DNA of 62,503 bases, filler included, from Asterionella formosa (Eukaryota): NCBI GenBank assembly GCA_002256025.1. It is 20 parts of 20 records of this genome, joined end to end, with 100 filler letters (N's around TTAATTAATTAA, not from the genome) between each part and the next. Parts side by side here need not be neighbours in the genome. Positions count along the whole stretch, not along the records: positions 1 to 27,863 come from NKIB01001373.1; 19 more parts are not named here. One strand, 5' to 3'. Below the pieces are notes generated by a model. The model made no database searches. It was not told the DNA's origin and saw only the letters and a list, made by a program, of their open reading frames with translations. This document shows, piece by piece, positions 1 through 13,404 of this stretch. The position numbers and the translations under genes are program-made. Position 1 is the first letter of the stretch. The number at the start of each line of letters is the position of its first letter.

Positions 1-954
1 TTACTGGTAGTTTATAATGGTAGCGTCATTCAATTTCCGCCACAAAAATCAGAATTATAACACGTTACTTTGTCTATGTCTAGAAAATTATTGGGTGTTT
101 GGTGCCACCTCGAAAAAAATGTACAGGGGGGTCCAGCAACCTCAGGGGGGTCCAGGACAATGAAGTATACGGTATGTACATCGCGAGGTTTGTCGAAGGT
201 GCTAGTTAACTACCAGTGCAGAACATAGCTACAACTATGTGTATGGCAACAAAAGGTTGCGCTGATGAGAGTTGATTATTTTTTTGGTACGTTCGTAGTA
301 TATTCGAACAGCGGCGGTGCGTTCTTCTTGGCGACTTGATGATTGATTGATTGTCTACTACATATCCCACATATGGTACCAGGTACATACATGATTATGG
401 GAATATGAATAGATATTAATATATGTTTAATATATTTCGAAATATCATACCAGAGCAAGTTGAGCGAATTGAGAAATTTAGCTTTGTTTTCCTTATAGCT
501 TAAACGTCTTTTACCGCAACTCCCATCAGGTAATATGTACCTGCGATACATCAAGTGCCACAAATCATCGCTAATTTTAAATTAATTTCTTGCATTCATT
601 TATTGTTGTCCGTTCTTCTCAGCAAGAAATAATTTATCATTTTCGCAAAATTCTGGGGGAAACAAGAAAAAGTTCATTACCCCAATACAAATACGGTAAG
701 CCGTTAATGGTTAGAAAAAAATTGCTTTAATAGACATGTTGCGGCATCATAAAAAACGATATCGAAGGAAGAAGGGAAAATGCCTCAGCACGACCCAATA
801 CCCAATCATTCATATAGGTTTAGTAGTTAAAAAGAAGTGCTGTTTCATCGACCTCCAGTTCATTGAGAAACGTAATTCTCACAATCATCAACTTTATACA
901 AACAGTTCCCCCCCCCCTACGTCGCCTGGAGAATAAAGTGACAGTTGACACGAA

Positions 955-2882
955 ATGCTGGGAATTGCAGTATTCCTCTTCCATCTTGGTGGGGCCTGCC
1001 GAGCTTCATTATATGAACCAAAAATGAACCCACAAGCGGCGATACGGACAAATATTGGTATGCCATTCATTTGGTCAACAAGGAATGTCTACATTAAACC
1101 GATAAATGTTTCGTCAGGAACTAGATCACCTGAACGTTTCTATTCAACCAATTTTCCTTACTTCACAACAACCGGACCCGGCGCCGCACCAACCTCTGCA
1201 CGAATGACTATTTTTACTATAAGTTCAAGATTTACCTCGAGTAAGAACAATACGCTTCTATACTTTTTAGCCGAGATTGGCCCCATGGACTGACACAACT
1301 TTTCTTCCTCACTCATCCAACCTCGATCACAGCATCTCCGACTTTTCCGCCGACCTTGGCCCCAACAACTGACCCAAGTTGTCCTCCCACATATCCACCC
1401 TCGATGATGACACCAATTGTGAATGCAATTACTTCTCCTACTGTTGCACCTTCACTGACTCCAACTACGGAACCCACAGCAACTCGAACCGACAATCCCA
1501 TAGCAACAACGATTGCAGATCCCATACCTTCTCCTAATGAGCATCCTACAATGATACCTATTAACGAACCCACAGCATCTCCAACTGATGATCTTACATT
1601 AAAACCGACTGCAGGTCCAACAGCTGCACCTACTGAGCATCCTACAATGATACCGACTAACGAACCCGCAGCATCTCCAACTGAGCAGCCTACATCGAAA
1701 CCGACTGCAGGCCCCACAGCTGCACCTACTGATCATCCTACATTGAAACCGATTGCAGGCCTCACAGCTGCACCTACTGATCAGCCTACATTGAAACCGA
1801 CTGTGGAAACTACAACTTCACCTAGTGCTCCACCCACAATGATACCGACTGAATACCCTTCGTCCTTGCACATCGCTGCCAAAACGTTAACACCGACTGC
1901 TGACTCCGCTGCTTCTCGTACTGATCATCCTTCATTGTTCGCAACTGCTCTCACTGATAAACCTACATTGACAATAGTGTATGCTTTACAAGCCCATGTG
2001 TTGGTCACTATGGCCCAAATGGTTGCTGAAATGGATGTCAGCTCCACGGAGACATTTCGAAATACCACGCAAGCGTTTTTGAGCAACTGGTTGCAACTCC
2101 AAGTACCTCCCGTGTCACACGTGAAAGTTACAGTGCTTAATCAATCATTGTCAAAGTTAACACTACGACGACGGGTAGCACAAGCTACTGATATTGTAAT
2201 AAGTATGCTTGTATTGGGAGATACAAAAGTGGGGGATTTGGATTTAGCAGCAATATGCAATACCATCTTTGATGACAAAGGGCATATCCTTGTCGACCGG
2301 CTTCAGGCGACCAACGACATTTCCTTCAGTCAAGTGGTGACTGTTACGTCAACAAATCATACACCAGTAGCAGTAGTGGAAGGGGGATCAAAGACTTCAC
2401 CTGTGGAAGGCGGAACCACAAGTACTGGTACCTCAAATCTCTGGGCCATCTTTAGTATTTACATCTGGGTTGCAATATTTGTTGGTGGCATTGCCTTTTT
2501 AATCGCCTCTTTTGGTACCTTGCATTTCATCTACAAGAGGCGTAATCCGGAAGAAAGGCGTAATACGGAAGAAGAACGAGAAGAACAAAAATTTCAAGGA
2601 GAAGAACTTATGAGCATAGGGCCAGTCTCAGTGGTATCCACAGTACTTTCACGCAATACTGATATTGATAGTACATCGGATTATTCAGTGGTCGAAAAAA
2701 AGAGATCCTTTCATCGACAGAGTCGTCAGACTTTGATGCCACTGTTTGACGATGGAATCTCCCACAACTCTGAAACTACTGGTGGTGATACAGGTCCTCT
2801 TGGACTTGGTCCTCAATGTGCATGTGGATGTAAGCAGTTGGGATGTACATGTGCTTTAAATCTTGCTGAGTCTGAATCATAG
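955..2882 (+). CDS. Mucin-like Pro/Thr-repeat type I membrane protein, paralog 1. Exons 955-1240 and 1333-2882; intron 1241-1332.
   Basis: Signal-peptide-like N-terminus (MLGIAVFLFHLGGAC). A phase-1 GTAAG...CTGAC...CAG intron joins ORF 955 in frame to ORF 1356. Contains PTxxPT repeats, a beta-rich juxtamembrane domain with LRRRV, a TM helix (IWVAIFVGGIAFLIASF), a basic stop-transfer and a C-terminal CACGCKQLGCTC. Confidence 0.8.
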
Positions 2883-3694
2883 TAAATCATATTATTTTTT
2901 AGACTCTACTTTGTTATGAATCACCTGTTTACATGAAGTGTCAATATATGTCTGTGTCTATTTGTCTGAATGTACCTAAATCATCAAATTGTCATTCTCC
3001 TATATCAACTTAATCTAATCACTCTTTTAACAAACACACCTTCCAATCTCCTATTGAGCTTGTCAGGTTAGTTATCAGACTCCCTTTCTCCCTCGTCTCC
3101 TTGTTCATCGACCTTTTGTCAATCTCCCTCGTCCCCTCCTTCATTGCAGGTTATGAGCCCAAGCTATTCTCTTGCAATTCAATTACAATTCAACAATTTC
3201 AATTCTTCAACTTGCTCGTACTTTGTCGTCATCTTCACTTATTCGCTCTCTATCGGATTGTGATAACTCCTTGAAATTCACCTCCAAGTCAATCATCAGA
3301 TATTTTATCTACTGTTGTGACTGTTGAAGCGAGTTATCCAATCAGAGAAAGAAAAGAAACTTTGTGAATTTTCAATCAGCCTCCATTGTCTATTTCGTTT
3401 CGTGGTGAATTTATATCACTACTGGTGACACTTCAGACGCACATTTCTACAAGTGGATACCAGAGTAATTTTCTGTGGACAAGGTTGCTCCACATTTGTT
3501 ACACTTGATTTTCTGTGGACAAGGCAGATTGGTCCACATTTGTTCTCCTTCCAGAATTCTCAAAGACAGCTGGTGTTCTGTGATATGCATGTCAATCTGG
3601 ACAGCTTCTTCACATCAACTTAAACCACGTCATTTATCGTCCATCTGTGGTGGCGCAATTGTACATCGATTACTTTGGAAAAAAGTTTTGGACA

Positions 3695-3782
3695 TCTGCA
3701 AATAAAAAGTATCATACATTTATAAGATCAGGGGTATCATACTATAACTGGTACAGAATTTTTCTATGCATGATATGCATTT
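3695..3782. repeat. Dispersed repeat with an inverted copy at about 26862-26946
   Basis: The reverse complement of this segment aligns with 26862-26946 (aaaaattctgt...cctgatctta...gtatgatactttttatttgcaga), with a few mismatches. Confidence 0.7.
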
Positions 3783-4253
3783 TTTTATTTGTGTTACAGG
3801 TACATACTTTGAATATTTGATGATCATGTTTATACTTATAATGTTTGATCATATTGTTCTAATATTGATCCATTTTGACTCATGATGGCAACCACAAAGT
3901 AATCATACAAATACAGTAATTGAGTAACAACAACTCAAGTCAAAATCACTACTCCTCTTTGAATTTCAATCGCTCTTCTCATGGCCATGAATTACTAATT
4001 GTATTTACAAGACCATCATTGCTTTACCTTAGCTACACCCTTTATTTTGTATTTGTTCATCTTATAGCCATATTATTACCATCGTATCTCTATGAAGTAT
4101 TTGTCCAAAATATGTGGAAACGGATTGTAATTTAACTACTTAATTTAGAATTGTTTCAATCTACTATCTATATAAAGAGTTATCTCACACCGTCTCAATC
4201 CTGTTCATTCTCTTTTCTGCTTCTTCCCCGCTATCCCGTTTCTGTCCTACAGT

Positions 4254-4806
4254 TGTCAGGATTTAACAAGTAGCTTCTGGGTAAATATGAGCTTAATGAT
4301 TAGTGTATCTATATTAGCTCCTAGTCCAAGGGGACTCACAAGGTTCTTGATAAGAAGAGCATGTACTAGGTGTGAAGAGTCCATGCTAGGTGTCATGTTT
4401 CAGCCTAGCATTGGTACGTCTATTCTAGAGATATATCTGTACCAATAGTTATCACATAGCATATAGCTGCGGGTACATAATGCAATATGTACTACGAGCT
4501 TCACACTAGTAACCGTGTGTATAGCATCACGTACTAATCATGATCACTCTTGTGTACATGTATATGTACTACGTATGGGTTCCATGGTAGTCGTGTGCGT
4601 AATGTAAAAGGGTACACCTTTCACTTATGGTTGACGTGGTATACATACACAGTGTGTATTGTGTAAATCTCTACAGTGAGAGTAATGAAGTATATGGTCT
4701 GTATAGAAGAGCCCGCTATAACGTTAACGTTATATAGGACTTATACCATCTAATGATTTAGTATATCTAGCGTGGTACATACTGTACCATAGGTCAGTTT
4801 CTGACA
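4254..4806. mobile_element. Possible solo LTR
   Basis: Begins TGTCAG and ends CTGACA (TG...CA with a short terminal inverted repeat). Noncoding and rich in TATA/TACGTA. No convincing target-site duplication (TSD). Confidence 0.35.
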
Positions 4807-5274
4807 CAACTGTAACTGCCCACTTCGTCCTTTCCCTTGTACTTGTCTGATTCTGAATGATATACTGATGTCACTGATAGCGGTGGGTTGCCTCTCCTCA
4901 TTCCCTTCTTCTCCATATCAGAGCTTTCCTTCATTATTAGTATTCATGTTAATGTTGTAACAATTGTGAAGCAAAGACATGTTAGGGCCATTCTTATCAT
5001 TTTCAATTTGGTATCATTTTTTTGAAAAAGTATCATGTAACGGCTACTCGATTTAAACCGAAAAAATCCATTCTCCACAAAAATAAAAATGAAATTGTAT
5101 CACCAAAAAGTATCACGAAAATTCAACGGTTACGGGCTGGCTACAATCATGTGCATATCCCTCCAGGCTTCCCTCTAGACTATTTCAATAATTTTCCATT
5201 ACTAAAACCATGTAGGAAAACTACGCGTATTATGTACCAGTATAGAATATATAGCTGACATACCTGCTAAATTC

Positions 5275-6547
5275 TTGATTTGCCATGAGTCAACACAGAC
5301 ATGCAAGATCGTCTATACACTTCTTCTTACACTTCCGCTTGCCATCATCCCCTTTAAAGTTAAAAAGAGGAAGGCGAAATGGGAGCATGAGAGAATGTCA
5401 TGGCATTCTCATGTCAAGAAGCTGTGTCATGAGGAAGCTTTTGAAAAGACTTATAGAATGTCCCTTCGAGCCTTTAAGAAGTTGGTTTACTTGCTGGAGA
5501 GTGCTGTCATTGGGAATTTCTCCAAGTGCGGTACAGCTACTCCCATTTACCCAGAAATTGTGCTGGCCATTGGCATTCGATGGTTGGCTGGAGGCAGCTA
5601 CATTGACATTTGTCATGCCTATGGATGTAGCATAGCTTCATTCTATAGATGCAGAGATTTATTTCTTGAAGCTGTGCTTAACTGTGATTATCTGAAAATT
5701 ATATTTCCTAAAACAAGGAGTGATTTGGTGAAATTGGCTATAGCCTTTGAACAAAAGAGCACAGAAGGGTTGATCAGAGGGTGTGTTGGTGCTATTGATG
5801 GTTTTTTAGCCACAATTAGTCGCCCCACGCTACGTGACTGTGGAAACAATACAGGAGCTTTTTATTCTGGACATTACACGACTTATGGTATCAATGTTCA
5901 AGCTATCTGTGCTGTTGAGATTAGATTTATATTTTTTGGGGTGATTGCTCCTGGACAATGCAGTGATCAAGTTGCATTTGAGAGAACTGCTCTACCCAAC
6001 AAAACTGCATTATTTGATTCTGGTTTGTATCTTGTTGGTGATGCAGCATATACATTGTCAGATGTCATGTTAGTTCCATTTGTTGGTTCTCAGCGTGATG
6101 ACCAAACACAGGAGGCCTATAACTTCTTTCTTTCCCAGCTACAGATTAGGATAGAGATGGCATTTGGTTTGTTACAGACAAAATGGGCTGTTCTAAAAAG
6201 AAACTTAACAACTGGCTTGGAAACAATTGCAAAAGTGCTTGAGGTATGTGCACGTTGCTTTGCACAATTATGTCATAGACGAAAATAAAGTTGGTAAGGA
6301 TATTTCTGGGTTATATGGAAGTGATGAGGCAGATGACATCCAGGAGATTTTAGCTGAAATCACCCCAGTCTACAATTCTCCACTTGGTTGGGGATATTTG
6401 CCAACGGATGAGAAATTGGACGTAATGCCTGGTAGTTCTGTCATTTGAGATGTTATTCTTGAAAGAATTGCTAACATGGGTTTGCAAATACCTCCAGGTA
6501 ATATTGAAAGAAAAAGGTTGGAATTACATGAATTAAATTTAATGTAG
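5275..6547 (+). pseudogene. Harbinger/HARBI1-like DDE transposase (DDE_Tnp_4 type), frameshifted
   Basis: Motifs IRWLAGGSYID, GCVGAIDG, GDAAY and RIEMAFG. Frameshift near 6255 (CAR-LHNY) and an internal stop at 6446-6448. Confidence 0.9.
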
Positions 6548-6589
6548 ATTATAATTGATTGTTGAAAAACAATTATTCATTTCAATGTG

Positions 6590-7730
6590 TCACCTTGAGA
6601 CAAGAGATTGAAGACCTGATCACGCTTCCTTTTACACAATGCAATTTCTAAATGAGCTTGGACAATGTCAGAACTTAAAGAGTCCTAATCTTTATTTTCG
6701 AGTTCTTCCAGTTCCTCCCGCGCAACTCTTAGTCGGACCTTATACTTATCCAAGACATCCAGTAGATCATTTTCTCTGAGTGGTGCAGTTGTAGACTCTA
6801 GCAGTCTGAGTTTTGCAACATTTGACCTCTCAAATGATTCCAATGCACTTGCAAGATTTTTAGAAGATGATGTAAGTTTTTGCGTCAAGATTGCATGTCT
6901 TCCCCTTCTTTCTAACACTGAAATTGCTTGAAGATTTTGATTTTGATGACAATGTGGTGGCAGTATCGTCAATTTCTATCCTCTCACGGAAGGCATATTT
7001 TGGTAACAGTGGTACAGCAAAATTCAATAGATGTGGAACTTGACACAACCAAAGATGGTAGTAATATAGGAAATGACGTGACCCAACAAATTTGACAAAA
7101 TCATCATGATTGCCTGATTGTTTGTTTTTTCGATAGGCAACTTGATAATGATGATTAATGTATCCCATTACGAATGAAAATTCTTTGGAAGTGAGGACAT
7201 CATATTTTTTTGCGTAGTCAGCATCAATTCCAACTTGGTCCCAGTATTCATCTTCGGGAAATGCTAGAATGATGCAGTCGTCATCCTCATCATTATTATA
7301 TGTGACAACAAGTCGATCGAAAATGAACTTGTGTCGAAATCTTCTTGCATCAAGTTCAGCCAGAGTTGGTGGCTGACCTAGACGCAAAACATCACTGCGA
7401 TGCTTGTTGCACATGTAGACATTAATGACACGGAAGTATGTGTTGATGCAGGTCACAGCATCTGGAGGCGCTGACTTTGCCTGTGCCTTATTCTTTTTCG
7501 CCTTTTTTACAGGAGGGTTCACTTCCTCTTGTTCAAACTGAGGATCGACCAAAGACTCATGTGGCTGCACTGCTGTTGCCTCTTGAGCTTTGTCGTTCCT
7601 TTCATCATTATCATCTTTGCAATCTTCATCGACTTTGAATTCCTCATCATTAATTGATGAATCTTCGTGATTATCGTTATCACTATCCAATTCAATGTCT
7701 GATTCATTGACATTGAAAGATCTAGGGTAT
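6590..7730 (-). pseudogene. Harbinger partner (ORF2) protein, truncated and frameshifted
   Basis: Convergent to the transposase. NTYFRVINVYMC...QSGNHDDF...YYYHLWL is shared with 23381-24715 and 37088-37990. Confidence 0.75.
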
Positions 7731-7734
7731 AAAA

Positions 7735-9490
7735 AAGGATTCCCAATCTTAAGGAAAAGTTCGATAATTATATAACGATTCCAAAATGTACTTCAATAGG
7801 CCAAGTAACAGTTGATGGAGCACCTCGAACGGTGTTGCACCAAATACTCCTTCTGGATAACTGCCAAAGTAATGCGTCATCAATGCCGGGATGATTGGAT
7901 TATGAGAAATGACGCGGCATCACTCATTTTGTGTTGCGAACTTACTATTAGTCTGAGTCACACCAAAACATGTTGGTCTGGAAGGTAATTTTCCATCTGG
8001 ATAAATTTCTTTATCCAAATATTGCTTCAGAAAAATATATGCATCGCCAACTTCTCGCACTTCACATTCTATATCCGGATTGTCAGCGTCTTCTGCATGT
8101 ACGGAGCAATCTTGGCAGACATGCATGTTGTTGATATAATCCATTACCTCCACGAAAACCGCAAATTTTATTATGTTCCTCCGTATCTCCAACTACCCTG
8201 CGTCCAATTTGGAAATAAACTTTTGTATACCCCAGAGCGACAATGCAACCAAATTTCATAGAATTTGTTTGGATCTTGAAAAGTTCTAATAAAATCCAGA
8301 AACAGCATGATATAACTTCAGTCAAGAAAGAGAGATGTCACTAGTACCTGACTTCTTAGTGTCCATTTGTTTCTCCAAGTCACTAACTTCGATATCTGGT
8401 AATAATGACACTAGTTGCCACACATCAACTTTCTTCCTTCCTTCCAACTTTAAGTGTAAGATTTTTAGTAAGAATGAATGTTCTGAGTGCTTCATTTGTT
8501 TATCAATAGGTGAACCGTCACTAAAGACAGTCAATGCCACAAACAAATGCCCAGGCTTTAAAACTCCGTTTTCCGTAGCTTTTGAATCGTTGAATGCATT
8601 TTCAAACCAAGAAACAGAGGTAACTTCGTCATATATTCGTTTTCCGCAGTTTGTAAGCTTCCTTTGTTGATGACATACAAAATGTTCCATGATGTCAGGA
8701 TCACGTAACAACGATGACATGAGTTGTACTGGTTCAAAGTAATGTAATGTCTGTGCAATAGAGATTATTTCATTATTCTCAAGAAGAATTTCTTTTTTCA
8801 ACAGTTCACCACCTGTTAACCTTGGCGGAAAAGAATCATCTTTTTTTCAAAATTTGATAGAAAAGAGCTTTTCCATGACAATATTTCATTCTCTGTGCTT
8901 TGAATAGACATTTCATAAGATGATCGAAGTACATTGGTGGTAGATAGTTCTCGTTCAGGAATAACATGAGTTCTAATTCGATTGGATGCATGTTTATTAA
9001 ATGTTTTTTGGGAAGTTGAAATTGAACAGGTCAAGGAATTTTCATAGATTCCTTGGGAATGAACCCACTTCGATCTTGGTAATCAGGATAATGCATAGTA
9101 TCATTATCCAACCCAATAATTTCTGTTTCTTCTTCACCTTACCCTGATGTATTTGAAGTCAATGAGATACTTTCGTCATAGAATGGAAATATCAAATTCT
9201 GGTCATCAAATTGAGAAGCAGATTCTTCCGTATGCAACGTATCAGAAATTAGAATGTTGGGAAATGAGGAAGAGACACCTGACTTTCCTGTTTCATTTAA
9301 ATCACTTGATAGTTTACCGCCACAATACATACTTTGATTGCAACTTCCAGAAATGCGGTGTTCTTCCAAGCAGTGATGGCAAAAATCAAAATCATAAAAT
9401 TATCGATTGTTGCAGTTTCGATTGTGAAAGTCAGAGGGAGATTTGTTCTTCCGAAATTTGCAGTTGCATACCGAGCACCAGTTAAAGGTT
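7735..9490 (-). pseudogene. Plavaka-like transposase, fragmented
   Basis: RIYDEVTSVSWF...VALTVFSDGSPID...HSEHSFLLKILHLKLEGRKK...WQLVSLLP, then GDTEEHNKICG. This order matches Plavaka-family motifs. Cys/His-rich N-terminal remnant; several stops and frameshifts. Confidence 0.65.
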
Positions 9491-10641
9491 CGTACTGCCA
9501 TTGTTTTGGAAAAAAGGCAAAATCAAAATAGAGGAGAGGGATCGATTTGTGGGCAGCGGTATGAATAGAAATGAATATAACAAAAAGTCCAAGTATCGCT
9601 TTTTCGTCAGTAAATACCGAATACCTGTATATACGTGTATATTCAATAATGTGTCATGCAGTACATAGTACAAAGCACTGCAACCTTATTATGCAACACC
9701 AACCTTTAAAATTGAGCTATCTCTAATCTGCAATGCGTTGTCAAATGCATTGAAAAAGAGAGCAAATTTCTCAATGATAGCAATGTCACTTGAGAGTCCA
9801 GATGATACTGACTCCCAATTGAAAGGGGAAATTTCAATTGTGGCATCACCACGGTGACAGTAGGCGTCAACTTCCTTTTTCATTCAAAAAATTGCAAGGG
9901 GGTTTTCCAAATGTTTCATTCAACATTTTCAAGTCAATAAAACTATTCTGCACAACTTTCTTTATGCAGAAGGCAACTACAGCTTTTTCCATTTGCACCT
10001 TCTCCTTCTTGGTAAGAACCTTCAATGATTTTTGGACCAAACGGTTCCAAGGCCAAGAAAATTATCCATCTTCTTGACAAGAGGTACTTTCGACGGAAAT
10101 CCCAAATGATCTGATGATACTACCATGCCGTCCTACTGCTTCCAATTGCAGTTCTCTAGACGAAATTTGAAAAAATGGTTTAAATGTTTTGAATTTGCTG
10201 TATAAGATGACCTCTCTGATAAATGCATTGGGGCACTATGGAATTAACATATGAACTCTTTTTTCTGGAGAATTGTAAACCTTCTCGAAATCATCAGATT
10301 TGGAAGGAAACAGACATGTGCTCTCAAACGATTCAATGAGTTGTTTCAATTTCTTCCTCGATGATAGAACGTCTTCTAGTGTAAACCCAAATAGACTATC
10401 CTTTTTGTCTTTCCGAATGTTCTTGTTGTTTTCCATGATATCAAATTTGACAAGCAGTGCTGACTACGAAAGCAAGCTCAGGAGCCCACGGAAGGATAAC
10501 ATCGCGTTAATACACCAAGACGGTTGTCCGAAAAAAGCATAAACCTCCTGTCATCCATTTGCTTCGCCACTGCGCAGTTGCATTCTTCCTTCACAGTCGA
10601 CTCCTACACGTATCGAACTGGAGTGTCACATCACTCGTGAA

Positions 10642-11806
10642 ATGACCTCTATGGTCGATTACGCCATGCGTTTCCGAGACCCGAACTTCGACTGCCTTGA
10701 TGGTGATTATCGCTGCATCTATGAGGTCACTTCCGCTTTGGGTCCGGAGGTGCTCAATGCCACGACATTGGCAAACAGAATAGTTAGTGGCGGTGAAACC
10801 ACGCATCAAGCTTTCGCTGTTGCCCTTCATGTGAATGACACAGTAAACATCGCCTGTGTGCATCGTATCTTCCGCTACCCGGGATCCTTCACCGAATCCT
10901 CCCCTTGGGATAACAAACTATTCGAAATTCTTGGAGACATCACCACAAACCAGATCCCCTTGGTGCACATTGCTCCCGAGGTATTTGCTGTTGCAGGTTC
11001 GGTGTACGCTCCCACCCTCCCAACCATGAATGAAGCACTAGCCAATTGGGAGCCGCACTCTTATGAAAAGGGAGAGTTCATAGGCCCCATGTCTGATGCG
11101 GCTGGAAACTCCCTTTATGGTCAATATAATGACTACATTACAGGCAGTGCGAAACATCGTATATTTACCACCCCGTTATGCCGCCATGCTAGTGAGCCAA
11201 CAAATCCCGGCTGCACAAGCCTGGCTAGAGATAGGTGGCGCTATAAGAAAGGATGGACTTATCAGGGAATGCGCCGACCTACTCACTTGGTTGCGGGCTG
11301 CCAACTACTGGGGCAGACCTGACGATGGTGACCCTGAAAGTCGCATCCCCATTGTGGCGATGACAGCTCTCCAATATGTTGTACCACTAGCTGGTAATCT
11401 AGCCACGTATGCCGCCCGTAAAATAGCACTGGATTTTCCACAAGTCCAACAAAAATTGCCTGACGTCTCAACAAACAACATGACCCCGGAGCATTTTGCT
11501 GCAGCAATGGCAGACGCTTTGGCAAATAGGCCCGGGCGCAACAGCGAAGAGTCCGCCTTCATTACACCAAAGCTGCCTTCCTCTAAATTCCGAGGCCTTT
11601 TAGCCCTCTTGTTAAAGATATGCGAAGTCGAAAATGAGATACACCTTCCCCCGTTATACCATGAGCTTGCAAATTGTTTCAAACATGAACAGGCACAAGT
11701 GGTACAACACCGCTTCACCATTGGAGCGGCACAGGAATCCATTGAGCATTCCCAAATACCGGTGGCCACTACACAGATCGTTGCTCTCATCACACAACTG
11801 TTATGA
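10642..11806 (+). pseudogene. Frameshifted repeat-associated ORF, possibly ORF1/gag-like of a tyrosine-recombinase retroelement
   Basis: Two overlapping ORFs (226 aa and 236 aa) with protein-like composition (HRIFRYPG..SPWDNKLF..LGDI). Abruptly truncated. The family assignment is from recollection only. Confidence 0.35.
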
Positions 11807-12247
11807 TTGGCACTTAAAACCCTGGCACCGGTAGCTGGTACCGCTAATTACAGGATCAACAAAAGTAATAAAAAATAGTTTTTGTGGTAACAATCGAGTA
11901 AAAAACACGGTTTGCGGGTTAAAAATCTTCATGTATAGATCAAAAAATACGTACTGAGAGTCAACATTATGAGTCAAAATGGGCAAGACTAAATGGCTTA
12001 GATCTCCATGACTGGATGTTCTACTTTAGAGCTGATTAAATGATAGCTATCCCCATTCTATCGACCACAATAAAGTTCGAACTTGGTTCGAGTCACCATG
12101 CACTATAGTAGGTGTGATGTTTCTGTACATATATATAGACTGAGCGATGATTCAATTTTTGAGCAATGTAGATAAAAAAGGATAGTATGTTAAATAGGCC
12201 ATTTGTACTCCCCTATTTCTATAGTAGGCAAGTCTTTCATTGTGCTA

Positions 12248-12413
12248 CCTGCTAACAAGACCTGTGCTTCCCTAGTTTTTGTTAGTGTAGGTCAGTCCCC
12301 AACCACCTTTTGCAAAAGGCGATCATCTTAGCCACAGCATCAGGGGAAACTCCAACCACTTAGGAAGGCAGCACAAGCTGCTTGTGGGGGGGGGGGGGGG
12401 GGCCACCCACTTT

Positions 12414-12449
<36 letters not shown>

Positions 12450-12451
12450 CG

Positions 12452-12495
<44 letters not shown>

Positions 12496-12640
12496 AGCCC
12501 ACTATTTCTTTCACACCAGGGTAGCGCGTGTGGTACAGTAAGGAGTGTGGGAGTCAAGCCCAACAATAGCTTCTCAAAAAATTGCAGGAATTGAACCTCA
12601 CAACCTCAGATCAATTCCCTTGAGCAATGCAGATGTGACA
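12248..12640 (-). mobile_element. tRNA-derived SINE-like repeat interrupted by a poly-G/poly-C tract
   Basis: Minus strand shows A-box-like TTGCTCAAGGG and B-box GGTTCAATTCC, with a tRNA-like ATCTGAGGTTGTGA between them. The 3' body (12248-12350) recurs, diverged, at about 26951-27056. Confidence 0.5.
12386..12495. repeat. Poly-G followed by a long poly-C tract
   Basis: About 17 G, a short spacer, then about 80 nt of almost pure C. Confidence 0.9.
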
Positions 12641-13404
12641 TAAATGGAACTCTATCCATGCCAATTTTACAACTGTAGCCATGTTTTACTCCAAACTAGA
12701 GAGAAGCTGGGGCCACAATCTTAAACTATGGAAAAGTCAATTGGGATGACATTTTGATCAACAGAAGTGGGCGATCCAACAATGGCCGTCATCCTGTCTC
12801 CCCCACTAAGTAAATCTATTCGTTGGTATAGTACGTACATTTGAGTAGACAGGACAACAAGATTTCATGTACCGGTACGAGTACCAGGTACCATACATGA
12901 GCGGCCAAAGGAAAGCAAGGGTTTCTCAACGGCTGCCAAGACATCCGGTCCGGTGCGCTCCTTAGTCGACCCTGGCAGGCTGACGACGGAACCTCCTTCC
13001 TCCTCTGCAACATTCGCAACAGCTGTACCGCCCTGGTATTCGATTTCGCTCGGATGGCAGGACTGCGGTGTATTCAATACTTACACATACAGACCACATC
13101 GACAAATATATATGGATGTTAATATCTACCGGCCGGTAGGAAATGTTCTGCTGGTTGGAATACATATGTAGAGTGTAACAATTATGGATGTCTCTTTTTC
13201 ACCGAATCTGTACATAGGCGCTTGTCTGTCTGCCCCTGGCGACAACGCATTCAACGGTAAGAAATAGTTGCTTTTGCCAATCGAGAATTTCCAAGCAATC
13301 ATACATCATCAAATACACAAAAAAGTAAAAGGGTTTCCGACTATAGTTTGCTGAAACAATCTTTTAGTTGAACAGTAAACAACAAATCGAGGGAAGAAGG
13401 AATT

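Larger units (their letters stand above)
4985..7730 (+). mobile_element. PIF/Harbinger transposon copy 1, right end lost
   Basis: TTA followed by terminal inverted repeat (TIR) GGGCCATTCTTATCATT, matching the TIR of 21784-25115. Carries a transposase and a convergent partner ORF. Similarity stops at about 7730, where Plavaka-like sequence begins. Confidence 0.85.

Noticed and set aside
1241..1270. Alternative 30-nt intron using the first TTTTAG
   Set aside because: It does not restore the frame. The downstream CAG acceptor works in both paralogs.
1313..1717. Minus-strand VG-repeat ORFs (also 13742-14119)
   Set aside because: Antisense shadows of the PT-repeat coding sequence.
12323..12594. 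Poly-Gly and poly-Pro ORFs
   Set aside because: Translations of the homopolymer tract.
12575..12640. Functional tRNA gene
   Set aside because: A-B box spacing is too short and no acceptor stem or anticodon arm can be folded. Treated as a SINE head.
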